Source: an uncultured virus (IMG/VR IMGVR_UViG_3300033388_001337)
Lineage: Duplodnaviria; Heunggongvirae; Uroviricota; Caudoviricetes; Crassvirales
DNA: 64,000 nucleotides
Virus record (IMG/VR): IMGVR_UViG_3300033388_001337
Direction: 5' to 3' (one strand)
Part shown: piece after piece, positions 54,853-64,000 of the stretch
How the letters are laid out: each line of letters opens with the position of its first letter
Numbering within the stretch: the first letter of the stretch is position 1
The notes under the pieces: model-generated
Seen by the model: the letters and a program-made list of their open reading frames with translations, nothing else
Databases searched by the model: none
Told to the model about the DNA's origin: nothing
Made by a program: the position numbers and the translations under genes

Positions 54853-55386
54853 ATGGCATATCCAAAAATAACCGTTAACACGGGCAAAGCATTATCACTT
54901 ATCGCTAGTGATTCAATTCCAATTCCTTACGTAGACGCAATACAATTAGTCGGAACAACTTCAGCTAGTACTCAAAACAAGTTAGTTGCTGTAGGATCTG
55001 ATTTTAGTAATGTTACTGTAGGTGATATTGTATATAATACTACAGATAACACCTCAACTACCGTAACTGCAGTAGATAGTTCTACAATACTTTCTGTTGC
55101 AGCCGATATATTTACTTCACCTGAAGATTTTATAGTATTTCAAGCAGGGCCTGTCTTTGAAAGAAGAACAGACTCTTCTTCTGGTTGTTTATTATATGTA
55201 GGAAGTAGCGAAGCATCTATGGATGTAGCAAAATCATTCGTAGATGTAAAAGTAAAAACAGTAGCTGGAAGTATTGTTACATTTAGTAACTTTCCTGTAG
55301 GAGAATATCTACCCGTACAAGTAGTACAGTTATATGCTACAGGTACTGACGCAGCTGCAGATAATAATTGTTTAGCAATCTGGTAA
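54853..55386 (+). CDS. Putative virion structural protein
   Basis: 177 aa; 'VGDIVYNTTD' module like those in the tail proteins; C-terminal 'GEYLPVQVVQLYATGT...IW'. Confidence 0.6.
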   Translation: MAYPKITVNTGKALSLIASDSIPIPYVDAIQLVGTTSASTQNKLVAVGSDFSNVTVGDIVYNTTDNTSTTVTAVDSSTILSVAADIFTSPEDFIVFQAGPVFERRTDSSSGCLLYVGSSEASMDVAKSFVDVKVKTVAGSIVTFSNFPVGEYLPVQVVQLYATGTDAAADNNCLAIW

Positions 55387-55387
55387 T

Positions 55388-55597
55388 ATGAACGGAAAAA
55401 AGACTAGAAAGGACGCAAAAAAAAGCAACATGATTTGCAAAAAAATGCGTGTCAATGGCAGAATGCAAAGAGTTTGCAAACCAGTGGGTAAAGCAAAAAA
55501 CAAAGCGGAAGCTATGAGACGTAGAATGCCTAAAAAAACAATGACAGCTCAAGAAGGTAAAAAGCAAGTAAAACCTAACCGTATAATAATAAATTAA
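55388..55597 (+). CDS. Small basic protein
   Basis: 69 aa, K/R-rich. Confidence 0.55.
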   Translation: MNGKKTRKDAKKSNMICKKMRVNGRMQRVCKPVGKAKNKAEAMRRRMPKKTMTAQEGKKQVKPNRIIIN

Positions 55598-55598
55598 G

Positions 55599-55883
55599 AT
55601 GGCGCAGCAAATAGGAGAAGATACAAAGGTTACACTTGATTTAAAAACTATATCCATGATTATTGGATTTACAGTTTCTTTATGCAGTATGTATTTTGTT
55701 CTTCAGGCAGATATAGCAAAAGCAATGGAATTGCCAGCGCCAGAAGTAACTAAAACAGAATTTACTTATAAGGATCAAATAATACGAGACGCTATTATGA
55801 CAACTCAAGAAGATGTAAAAGAAATGAAAGCTACTCTTGAAAAACTAGATGAACGTATATTTGAGTTAACAAATGAAAGATGA
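55599..55883 (+). CDS. Membrane protein (one TM plus coiled coil), possibly lysis-related
   Basis: TM 'ISMIIGFTVSLCSMYFVL' followed by a coil. Confidence 0.6.
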   Translation: MAQQIGEDTKVTLDLKTISMIIGFTVSLCSMYFVLQADIAKAMELPAPEVTKTEFTYKDQIIRDAIMTTQEDVKEMKATLEKLDERIFELTNER

Positions 55884-56218
55884 GATTATGTATACTAATA
55901 TTATTTTTAATCCCAACCTTAACTTTTGCTCAATCTTATAAAGACGGTATAGTTGTAGTTCAGTATTCAGCTGACTTTGTAAAAGCCAACGAAATAGATA
56001 TTAGCAAGTTAGAAGGCGCAGACCTTTTACGTTTAGCTATGTCTGAACATCCCAAAATTTTCGAAAAAGAAGAAATAAAATTTCTACCCACAGTTTGTTT
56101 ATATCATAATCGTAAACTAATATTGAAAGTAGAAAGCGATATATCATTAAAGCTACCTGAAGGTTCTTTAGATAAAATACAAAAACATATAAATAAAATA
56201 GTTAAAAGTAAATTTTAG
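55880..56218 (+). CDS. Exported thioredoxin-like fold protein lacking CxxC
   Basis: Signal peptide ending TFA^Q; 'IVVVQYSADF', 'IKFLPTVCLY'. Confidence 0.55.
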   Translation: MRLCILILFLIPTLTFAQSYKDGIVVVQYSADFVKANEIDISKLEGADLLRLAMSEHPKIFEKEEIKFLPTVCLYHNRKLILKVESDISLKLPEGSLDKIQKHINKIVKSKF

Positions 56219-56220
56219 AT

Positions 56221-57501
56221 ATGAATAGAAAACAGAAGACAGAGAAGTTCGCATTAAACGCTATGCTATATATTGTAATATTATTTTTATTAGCATGTTT
56301 TACATTTAGTGCGCAGGCTCAAGTAATACAAGAGCCTAGTAAAAAAGAAATTAAAAAACTTAAAAAAGGATTTAGTAAAGAAAATATTTTTACCAAAACC
56401 TATAAAGACTTTTTAAAATACGGTACACTTTATATAGCGGGAGACATAAGTAATCCTTACCAAAAACAATCTATTGATTATGTTGTAAGAACTAATCCTA
56501 ATGGAAACTTATATAGTGTGCCTATTGTAGAAGACGCAACTGAATATCATGAGTTTGATTATAGATACGGTTTTGGAATCAGACGTATTGCACGATTTGA
56601 TTATGAGAATAAAGAGAAAGCATATTATGATGGAACAGAAAAAAACGTAGCACTGTCTTCTCCAACAGCTGCATTTAATGGATTTGAATATTTATTCCAT
56701 TGGGAGAAAGAAAGGGAGAGAGGTGAGGTGTTTACTAATCACCGTTACTTTCTTAGGCATACAGGTAAAAATCACATTGTTAAACTCGAGTCTAGAGAAG
56801 AAGGTAATGTAGGTTTTAAATATCAAAGCGCTGAAGTAAGAGGTCGTTTACCTATAGGAAAGAAGTTTAGTATTTCAGCTGGAGTTATTGCCCGAACACA
56901 CGAGCAAGCATTTGGATATAATCCTGTTGAAATATGGTTAAATGAAACCGATGATGAAGGGTTTGCATTAAACCCGTGGTGGACTTTAGGGTTTGAATAT
57001 GGTTATGACGATATCTATTATACACAAGAAGATCAGTTTGGTAATGAAGTAACAGACTGGTACTGGATTGACCAAGATGGAACAATCGTAGCCCATACAG
57101 ATTTAGAGTTTCGTGAGACAGTATTTGCTGACTTGATGAACAGGTATAATAGAGAGCAGTGGGATTTGCTAGATGATTTTGCAGAAGTTGCTCCTATAGT
57201 TGGAGCTGATTGGTATAGCTATACTGATAAAGCTTGGATTCACGCTTATGCTAATTACATATTACCGTATCATAAATATTTTAAAGGAGACGAAGACTTC
57301 AGTTATTTAAATAGAAACAACTGGGGGTTAGGAGGATTAAGACAAGATTCAGAATTAGAACAGTGGGATGACTATCAGTTCGGTTTAATATTAGGCTGGA
57401 ACATTACTTCAAAATTAGGTATATTTGTAGAGGGAGAATACACGAAGTTTTGGGACACAGAAATATTTAAATCAACTGTAGGACTGAATATTGAATTATG
57501 A
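56221..57501 (+). CDS. Exported protein, possible outer-membrane beta-barrel
   Basis: Signal peptide (AQA^Q), aromatic-rich amphipathic strands, C-terminal 'STVGLNIEL'. Confidence 0.6.
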   Translation: MNRKQKTEKFALNAMLYIVILFLLACFTFSAQAQVIQEPSKKEIKKLKKGFSKENIFTKTYKDFLKYGTLYIAGDISNPYQKQSIDYVVRTNPNGNLYSVPIVEDATEYHEFDYRYGFGIRRIARFDYENKEKAYYDGTEKNVALSSPTAAFNGFEYLFHWEKERERGEVFTNHRYFLRHTGKNHIVKLESREEGNVGFKYQSAEVRGRLPIGKKFSISAGVIARTHEQAFGYNPVEIWLNETDDEGFALNPWWTLGFEYGYDDIYYTQEDQFGNEVTDWYWIDQDGTIVAHTDLEFRETVFADLMNRYNREQWDLLDDFAEVAPIVGADWYSYTDKAWIHAYANYILPYHKYFKGDEDFSYLNRNNWGLGGLRQDSELEQWDDYQFGLILGWNITSKLGIFVEGEYTKFWDTEIFKSTVGLNIEL

Positions 57502-57956
57502 AAATAAGCGATCATATAACTTACGCTGAAGCTATACATTCAAACACTGCGAAGCGAAAAAGAATTGACAACACGCCTAACCCTACACAAGTAGAGGCTA
57601 TGAAGGAGACAGCGCTAAAAGTATTTGAACCTTTAAGAGCTTGGGTTGGTGGCCCTATAAAAGTAAATTCATTCTTCAGGTCACCTGTTTTGAATGAGGC
57701 AATTGGCGGGGTAGCTTCCTCACAACATTGCAAAGGTCAAGCGATTGATATTGATGATGTATATGGATATAAAACAAATGCAGAAATGTTTATGTATATC
57801 CGAGAGAACTTAGATTTTGACCAATTAATTTGGGAGTTTGGAACTGACATGAATCCTAACTGGCTACATGTTTCATACGTTTCAAAAGAAGATAACAGAG
57901 GTAGATGCCTGAAAGCCTACAAAGAAGATGGCAAAACAAAATATAAAGTTATATAA
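57498..57956 (+). CDS. Peptidase M15A-family endolysin
   Basis: 'NSFFRS..LN..IGG..SSQHCKGQAID', 'DFDQLIWE', 'WLHVSY'. Confidence 0.9.
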   Translation: MKISDHITYAEAIHSNTAKRKRIDNTPNPTQVEAMKETALKVFEPLRAWVGGPIKVNSFFRSPVLNEAIGGVASSQHCKGQAIDIDDVYGYKTNAEMFMYIRENLDFDQLIWEFGTDMNPNWLHVSYVSKEDNRGRCLKAYKEDGKTKYKVI

Positions 57957-58114
57957 TGGCAAAGAAAGGAAGAACAAAAAAGAAAGGTAGCAAAATATGT
58001 GCAGCTGGTATAGCGTGGGCTAAAAGAACATTTGACACTTATCCTGGTGCTTATGCTAATATGGCCGCAAGTAAATATTGTAAAGACCCTAATTACGCAA
58101 AAAAAAGTAAATAA
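57956..58114 (+). CDS. Small basic protein (52 aa, not in track)
   Basis: MAKKGRTKKKGSKICAAGIAWAKRTFDTYPGAYANMAASKYCKDPNYAKKSK. Confidence 0.65.
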   Translation: MAKKGRTKKKGSKICAAGIAWAKRTFDTYPGAYANMAASKYCKDPNYAKKSK

Positions 58115-58242
58115 TGAAAAGAAAATTAAAACCAAAACAAAAGAAAATAGCTAGAGCTGCAAAGCCTTATAACAGAATTACTGGAGCTGACTTTAAAGCT
58201 TTAAGAGGAAAAAGAACTGTAAAAAAAAGAGGCGGTAGATAA
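58114..58242 (+). CDS. Small basic protein (42 aa, not in track)
   Basis: MKRKLKPKQKKIARAAKPYNRITGADFKALRGKR...; TAATG-coupled on both sides. Confidence 0.6.
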   Translation: MKRKLKPKQKKIARAAKPYNRITGADFKALRGKRTVKKRGGR

Positions 58243-58484
58243 TGGCAGGTGCATTAAAAAAGTGGCGGGATCAAGACTGGGTTCGTATTGGAAGTGATGG
58301 TAAAATCAAAGGAAAATGCGGTACTTCAAAAGATAAAAAAAATCCTGATAGATGTTTGCCAAGATCAAAAGCAAACAGTTTGTCAAGAAGACAATTAGCT
58401 GCCACTGCACGTAAAAAGAAAAAAGCTGGAGCTAAAGGTAAAACCGTAGTTAGTAACACAAGGGCTGCAAAAGTAAAATCATAA
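58242..58484 (+). CDS. Small basic protein
   Basis: 'LKKWRDQDWV...CG...PDRCLP'. Confidence 0.7.
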   Translation: MAGALKKWRDQDWVRIGSDGKIKGKCGTSKDKKNPDRCLPRSKANSLSRRQLAATARKKKKAGAKGKTVVSNTRAAKVKS

Positions 58485-58762
58485 TGGCGATAAGAAGAAC
58501 AACAGGAAAAGGAGGAAATTACAGACCAACTAAGTCAGGCGCAGGCATGACTAAAAAAGGTGTGGCTGCATATAGAAGAGCTAATCCAGGATCAAAACTT
58601 AAGACAGCTGTAACTGGTAAAGTAAAACCTGGAAGTAAAAGAGCTAAAAGAAGAAAGTCATATTGCGCAAGAAGTTTAGGTCAGTTAAAAAGAAGTAGTG
58701 CTAAAACAAGAAATAACCCTAATTCTAGAATCAGACAAGCTAGAAGAAGATGGAAATGTTAA
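58484..58762 (+). CDS. Small basic protein
   Basis: 'GAGMTKKGVAAYRRANPGSKLK...RRKSYCARS...ARRRWKC'. Confidence 0.75.
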   Translation: MAIRRTTGKGGNYRPTKSGAGMTKKGVAAYRRANPGSKLKTAVTGKVKPGSKRAKRRKSYCARSLGQLKRSSAKTRNNPNSRIRQARRRWKC

Positions 58763-58763
58763 T

Positions 58764-59168
58764 ATGAAAGATATATTATTAAAAATATTTGGAGGTTCAG
58801 CTGGAGAAGTCACTAATAGGATTTCAAATGTTGTAGATAAATTCGTTAGAACAAAAGACGAAAAAGCAGCTTTTGAAAAAGAAATGACTCAAATATTAAT
58901 TGAAGCTGAAGCTGCTATGCAAAAAAATGTAACTGAGCGATGGAAAGCTGATATGGCTAGTGATAACAAACTATCTAAATCAGTAAGACCTTTAGTTTTA
59001 ATCTTTGTTATAGTATGCACTATGTTGCTAATTTTTATTGACTCAGGATTTATTAACTTTGCAGTTGAAGATAAATGGGCAGACTTACTTCAGATGCTTC
59101 TCATTACAATTGTGGCTGCATACTTCGGAGGAAGGTCTTACGAAAAAGGTAAATCGATTAAAAAGTAA
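58764..59168 (+). CDS. Putative holin (3TM/GTA-holin-like)
   Basis: 'ERWKADMASDNKLSKSVRP' plus two TM helices and 'AYFGGRSYEK'; near the endolysin. Confidence 0.7.
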   Translation: MKDILLKIFGGSAGEVTNRISNVVDKFVRTKDEKAAFEKEMTQILIEAEAAMQKNVTERWKADMASDNKLSKSVRPLVLIFVIVCTMLLIFIDSGFINFAVEDKWADLLQMLLITIVAAYFGGRSYEKGKSIKK

Positions 59169-59173
59169 ATTAA

Positions 59174-59914
59174 ATGGCAAGAATAAGTACCTATGAGAAA
59201 GATTTAAATATTAATCCAGATGATAAATGGATTGGTACGGATGCCGACTTTTTAGACGCTACCAAAAACTTTACAGCGGGAGCTGTTGCTACATGGATTG
59301 CGCAATTTAATTATGTAGACAATCCTTTTCCAAGATACACATATAAAGACATGACAATACCAGCGAACATAGCGGCTGGTAGAGAATGCGGAACAATATC
59401 TCAAGACCCAGCTGTAGCTGGAGTTATTCCGTTTTCAACTCTTACTAACTTCATGTTAAGTATCTATCAAAAAAATAGATGTACTGTAGATATATCAGGT
59501 TATTATACTGCACCCTTAGTAGGATCAACAGTTATAATAACTAAGTGTACAGATATGTCAACATGGGGTATTTTCACATGGGTGTCGGCTCAGGTTGACC
59601 CTATAGAAACAAGTTTTTTCGATATTCAAGTTACTTATATTGCAGGTAATGGAGGCTTCGAAAATGATCAAGATTATTTTATATCTTTGTTGGACTATGG
59701 AACTAATGTTCCTGGCGATAAAAATCACGTTGCAACTTTAACGCCTGCAGCGTCAACTTTTAACGTAAATCACGGTCTTAATAAATTTTCTTCTGTCACA
59801 ATAGTTGACCCAAATGAAGAGATAGTTGAGGCTCACGTAGATTACACTAGCGCTAACTCTGTAACCATAACGTTTTCAGAAGTAGTAAACAATTATAAGG
59901 CGTTTTTTAATTAA
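59174..59914 (+). CDS. Putative tail fibre base/virion protein
   Basis: 246 aa; 'MARISTY', C-terminal 'VNHGLNKFSSVTIVD...VTITF' module. Confidence 0.6.
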   Translation: MARISTYEKDLNINPDDKWIGTDADFLDATKNFTAGAVATWIAQFNYVDNPFPRYTYKDMTIPANIAAGRECGTISQDPAVAGVIPFSTLTNFMLSIYQKNRCTVDISGYYTAPLVGSTVIITKCTDMSTWGIFTWVSAQVDPIETSFFDIQVTYIAGNGGFENDQDYFISLLDYGTNVPGDKNHVATLTPAASTFNVNHGLNKFSSVTIVDPNEEIVEAHVDYTSANSVTITFSEVVNNYKAFFN

Positions 59915-59932
59915 TAAAAGAAAAAAAATATT

Positions 59933-62500
59933 ATGGCAGAAATTAATTATTATGCAGATATTGACTTAAATAATGGTCAGGTAAAGAATTTTAAAGTAGA
60001 CAACTCTACTTCTTTTCCGAGTATAGCTGGTGTAGGTCAACTACGATACGATACAGGTAACTCAGTATTAAAGTATCACACAGGTGGTGGAACATGGGTA
60101 ACTATTGGAACAAGTACAGGTGGAGTAACAACTTTTACAAATACAAACGGTGGAACATTCGTAGCTTACGGAACTGCAAACTCCGCAGCTTCAGGAGCTA
60201 TAAATATTGGAGATGTAGACTTAACAGCAGGTGGTACTCCAAGTGCAACTACATTCCTTAGAGGTGATAACGTGTGGGCAACACCAGCGGGTGCGTATAC
60301 GTCTTGGACGTTAGCAGGTGACTCTGGTTCGAGTCAGGCAATCGCAGATGGTAATACAGCTACTTTTGCTGGAGGCACAGGTATATCAACCGCAGCTTCA
60401 GCAACCGATACGTTAACAATTACTAACTCACTTCCTTTTAACAGCATTACGTTAGCTGCAACTTCAGGAAGTAGTTCTACAATTTCAAACAACGGAACAA
60501 TTACTATAGCCGCAGGTTCTAATATTTCAACTACTGGAAACGGTAGTGGAACTGTAACTATAGCATATACAGGAGGAACAGGAAGCATGTCTTCTTGGAC
60601 TTTATCAGGAGACAGCGGTTCTTCACAAAGTATAACAGACGGTAACACAGTTGATATTGCAGGAGGTACTGGGGTAAATACAGTTGCTTCAGCTACAGAC
60701 ACACTTACTGTTAATATTGATATGGTTGGAACTGACAACTATATAGAAGTAAATTCAGCGGATTCAATAGCTGCTGGTGACTTCTTAGCGTTTAGTGATA
60801 TCAGTGACTCTAACACAGTAAAGAAAATTACATATACTAATTTATTTGCTGGTTACATGCAAGGCTTCTTTATAGATGCTGACACAAACGGTGGTGCGGT
60901 AACAGCAACTAACAACTATATGGATATTGCAGGAGGTACTGCAATCAGCACTGCTTGGACAGGTGTAGGTTCAAACCCTCAAATCCAAACAGTAACTGTA
61001 AACCACAATAATTTTGGTACTGCAGGTACTTACGCTTATCCTTCAGCAATTCAGACAAATGCTCAAGGTCACGTTATTTCTGTAACTGCAGGTTCAGCTC
61101 CTGGTACAATGTCAAGCTGGACATTGGCTGGAGATAGTGGGTCTCAATCAATAACAAACGGTAACACTGCTACATTTATTGGCGGTACAGGTATTACAAC
61201 AGCTGCATCTGCAACTGATGATTTAACAATTACCAACTCATTACCATTTAACAGTATAACTTTAGCTGCATCATCTGGTTCGAACTCAACAATTGCCAAC
61301 TCAGGAACTATAACTATAGCTGCTGGTTCAAACATATCTACTACAAACAATGGTAGTGGAACTGTTACAATTGCTTACACTGGTGGAACAGGTACTATGT
61401 CATCATTTACTTTAGCTGCGGACTCAGGTTCTTCGCAAACTATTAGTAATGGAAATACAATGACAATAGCTGGATCAGGTTCGGGAGTCAACGCAGGTAT
61501 TGATACAGTAGCGAGTGCGACAGACACCGTAACAGTATTACTTGATTTAAATGAACTTACTACAGCTACCTCTATTAGTAAAGATGCAGACTTCTTAGTA
61601 GGTGTTGATGGAGGTACGAGTGGAAATGAAAAAATATTATATAAAGACGTACATCTTAACGACTGGGGTGATGCAGAAGCAGATATAGACTTCGGTGGTA
61701 ATAAATTATTAGATGTAGCTACGGGTACTGCAGGAACAGACGGTGTAAACTTAGCACAAGTTCAAGCATTAGTTGCAGGTACAGGAATATTCCAAGGAGG
61801 ATATGACGCAATAAACAACTCGCCAGCATTAACTGGAGCTAGTAACGTTGCGATGGATACAGGAGATTTTTATGCTGTAACAGATTCTAACAACACTTCG
61901 TTCTTAGGAACAGTTGTCGAAGTTGGAGATTTAATATTTGCTAACAATACAATTGCAGCAAACTCATCTCCATCAGCTTCAGATTATACAATAGTACAAT
62001 CAGGACAAAGTATTGCAGAAGCAGGAGCTACTGACGGTGCAACAACAAAAGGTATTACAGGATTTGACAGTGCTAACTTCCAAGTTACTGGTAACGGTTG
62101 GACACAATTAAAGAACACAGGTGTTAGTGCTGGTTCTTATGGTGGAGCAACTAAATCTTTATCAGCAACAGTTACTGCAAAAGGTTTATTAACTTCGTTA
62201 AGTGAGCAAGCAATTTCGATTCCTTCGAGTCAGGTTCAAAACTTCTGTACAGATGTTGAAACTTGTGTAAACTCAGCGTTCTTCTATCAAGTTACTTTTG
62301 GTAATGCATCGGATACTGATTATGCTATATCTCATGGATTTAACACAAAAGATGTTATGTGTCAAATATATGATGTTGCTTCTGGAGACACTATTTATGC
62401 AGAAGTAGAAAGAACATCAACCTCAGTTGTTACAGTAAGATCAAACTCTGCGCCTGGAACAAACGCATGGAGAATTTTAGTAACTAATGTTTCTGGATAA
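59933..62500 (+). CDS. Tail fibre protein with internal repeats
   Basis: 855 aa, G/T/S/A-rich, repeated 'SWTLAGDSGSSQ.I..GNT..IAGG' modules. Confidence 0.8.
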   Translation: MAEINYYADIDLNNGQVKNFKVDNSTSFPSIAGVGQLRYDTGNSVLKYHTGGGTWVTIGTSTGGVTTFTNTNGGTFVAYGTANSAASGAINIGDVDLTAGGTPSATTFLRGDNVWATPAGAYTSWTLAGDSGSSQAIADGNTATFAGGTGISTAASATDTLTITNSLPFNSITLAATSGSSSTISNNGTITIAAGSNISTTGNGSGTVTIAYTGGTGSMSSWTLSGDSGSSQSITDGNTVDIAGGTGVNTVASATDTLTVNIDMVGTDNYIEVNSADSIAAGDFLAFSDISDSNTVKKITYTNLFAGYMQGFFIDADTNGGAVTATNNYMDIAGGTAISTAWTGVGSNPQIQTVTVNHNNFGTAGTYAYPSAIQTNAQGHVISVTAGSAPGTMSSWTLAGDSGSQSITNGNTATFIGGTGITTAASATDDLTITNSLPFNSITLAASSGSNSTIANSGTITIAAGSNISTTNNGSGTVTIAYTGGTGTMSSFTLAADSGSSQTISNGNTMTIAGSGSGVNAGIDTVASATDTVTVLLDLNELTTATSISKDADFLVGVDGGTSGNEKILYKDVHLNDWGDAEADIDFGGNKLLDVATGTAGTDGVNLAQVQALVAGTGIFQGGYDAINNSPALTGASNVAMDTGDFYAVTDSNNTSFLGTVVEVGDLIFANNTIAANSSPSASDYTIVQSGQSIAEAGATDGATTKGITGFDSANFQVTGNGWTQLKNTGVSAGSYGGATKSLSATVTAKGLLTSLSEQAISIPSSQVQNFCTDVETCVNSAFFYQVTFGNASDTDYAISHGFNTKDVMCQIYDVASGDTIYAEVERTSTSVVTVRSNSAPGTNAWRILVTNVSG

Positions 62501-62512
62501 GAAATATTAAAT

Positions 62513-62520
62513 TATATTTG
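62513..62520 (+). promoter_or_regulatory. Bacteroidota-type -7 promoter element (TATATTTG)
   Basis: TAnnTTTG just before ATG 62527. Confidence 0.45.
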
Positions 62521-62526
62521 TAACAT

Positions 62527-64000
62527 ATGGCAACTACCAATTATTATAATGATTTAGTTGTTACAGGAGGAGCGACATTTTCGAACACTGTAACATTGTC
62601 TAATGGTAGTCTCATACTAAGCGGAACAGGTAGAATCCAAGGTGTTGATACAGTTTCAGCTAACACAGATGCTGCAAATAAATTATATGTTGATAATGCA
62701 ATTTCTGGAGTTCCTCAAGGTACTGTAACAGGTACAGGTACAACTAACGATATAGTTAAATTTACTAATGGAGGTAGTGGTATTATAGGAGATTCTTCTA
62801 TTGCAGATAACGGAACTACAGTTTCTACTCCAAGCTATTTAAATCTTTCTAAAGATGTTTCTACAGCTTCTTTCCCAACCGCTGCTTCTGACTATGTTTT
62901 ACAATTTGATTTAGCTAGTACAGCTGAATATAATGGAGGAATATCTTGGAGTGATGGTGCAGACACTAAAGCAAGTATAGGGGTTTTAGACACAACAGGA
63001 AGTGGTGCAGTGCTGTGGCTTGGAACACAAGGAACATCAGGAAATGTGCAACTAAGAATGGCTATTTTAAGCACGGGAGATGCGCAGTTCTATGAATCCG
63101 TAGATATAAACCAACAATTGACAGTTGATGGGGTTTGTGATTTAAACAACATTCCTGAAATATTATCTGATACAGATAAGTTTTTAATGTCTGATGGAGG
63201 AAGAGTTAAATATGTTACAGGAGCTAATCTTAGAAGTTATATTGGCGCAGGAACTGGTAGTGGTAGTGTAACATCTGTAACTGGGACTGGTAATGTAAAT
63301 GGAATTACATTAAGCGACTCTGGTACTAACGCAGTTACGCTTACATTAGGAGGAACTTTATCTATAAGTAATGATGATTGGTCAGGAGCTGACTTAGCTA
63401 TTGTTAATGGTGGAACGGGTGCATCAAACGCTGCTGATGCAAGAAGTAATTTAGGTGTAATAAATGACACAGGAACACCAGCTATTTTATCTGATGGAAC
63501 AAGTCCTACACTAAACACAGGAATTACAGCAGCTGAAGTAAGAACATTAATTGGCGCTGGTACAGGAAGTGGCTCAATGACATCTTGGACTATTGCTGGA
63601 GATTCTGGCTCAAGTGCAGTCTCAAATGGAGATACAGTTACAATAGCAGGGGGAACAAATATAACAACTGCAGAAAGTGGCGGCACTGTTACAATTACTA
63701 ATGGCATAACAAATAATAACCAGTTAACTAATGGAGCTGGTTATACAACAAACACTGGTACAGTAACAGGCACAGGAGTTAATAACAGGTTGGCTCTTTG
63801 GAGTGGTACAAGCTCTATTGATTCTGATTCAGACTTTTATGTAGATGCTGATACACTTTTTACAACAAATTTAGAAGCAAGTGGTAAAGTAGTAACCACT
63901 GAAATAGAATCTTCAGGAATTATTGTTTTAGATGCAGCTGGAGATATTACTTTAGATGCTGATGGTAATGATATTATATTTAAAAATGGTGGAACAGAAT
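62527..64000 (+). CDS. Tail fibre protein (runs off the window end)
   Basis: MATTNYYNDLVVTGGATF... read as open to the end; 'DAANKLYVD', 'IVNGGTGASNAADARSNLG', 'DITLDADGNDIIFK'. Confidence 0.8.
   Translation, partial: MATTNYYNDLVVTGGATFSNTVTLSNGSLILSGTGRIQGVDTVSANTDAANKLYVDNAISGVPQGTVTGTGTTNDIVKFTNGGSGIIGDSSIADNGTTVSTPSYLNLSKDVSTASFPTAASDYVLQFDLASTAEYNGGISWSDGADTKASIGVLDTTGSGAVLWLGTQGTSGNVQLRMAILSTGDAQFYESVDINQQLTVDGVCDLNNIPEILSDTDKFLMSDGGRVKYVTGANLRSYIGAGTGSGSVTSVTGTGNVNGITLSDSGTNAVTLTLGGTLSISNDDWSGADLAIVNGGTGASNAADARSNLGVINDTGTPAILSDGTSPTLNTGITAAEVRTLIGAGTGSGSMTSWTIAGDSGSSAVSNGDTVTIAGGTNITTAESGGTVTITNGITNNNQLTNGAGYTTNTGTVTGTGVNNRLALWSGTSSIDSDSDFYVDADTLFTTNLEASGKVVTTEIESSGIIVLDAAGDITLDADGNDIIFKNGGTE

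Noticed and set aside
1331..63707. Many short antisense ORFs in the track (e.g. 1331-1630, 25378-25773, 26059-26517, 34231-34653, 54219-54635, 60334-60738, 63237-63707)
   Set aside because: They are shadows of longer, well-supported genes on the opposite strand.
59933..64000. Diversity-generating retroelement targeting the tail fibres
   Set aside because: No reverse transcriptase in the window, and the repeat differences are not adenine-specific.

Overview
This 64-kb window is most or all of an AT-rich tailed dsDNA phage genome. It looks podovirus-type, and its virion module resembles those of crAss-like and Cellulophaga-type phages. Repeated TAnnTTTG promoters and A-rich leaders without Shine-Dalgarno sites point to a Bacteroidota (Flavobacteriia) host. 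The + strand (49.2-64 kb, continuing through 0-33.5 kb) carries GroEL/GroES, many small Lys/Arg-rich proteins, lysis genes, tail fibres, terminase, portal, scaffold, major capsid, tail ring/muzzle proteins and large putative ejected proteins. The - strand (33.5-48.6 kb) carries early and replication genes: metallophosphoesterase, VRR-NUC, SNF2 helicase, primase-helicase, SSB-like protein, exonuclease, annealing protein, two DnaA-domain-IV-like proteins and a C5 DNA methyltransferase. The standout feature is an array of six complete type I hammerhead ribozymes (44989-48243, - strand) between the small early genes. Each is predicted to cut 19-29 nt upstream of the next AUG, and five overlap or abut the upstream stop codon. 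Nearby are an orphan copy of one ribozyme's substrate strand, a second conserved hairpin class, and a duplicated iteron-like TATGTTRA cluster.
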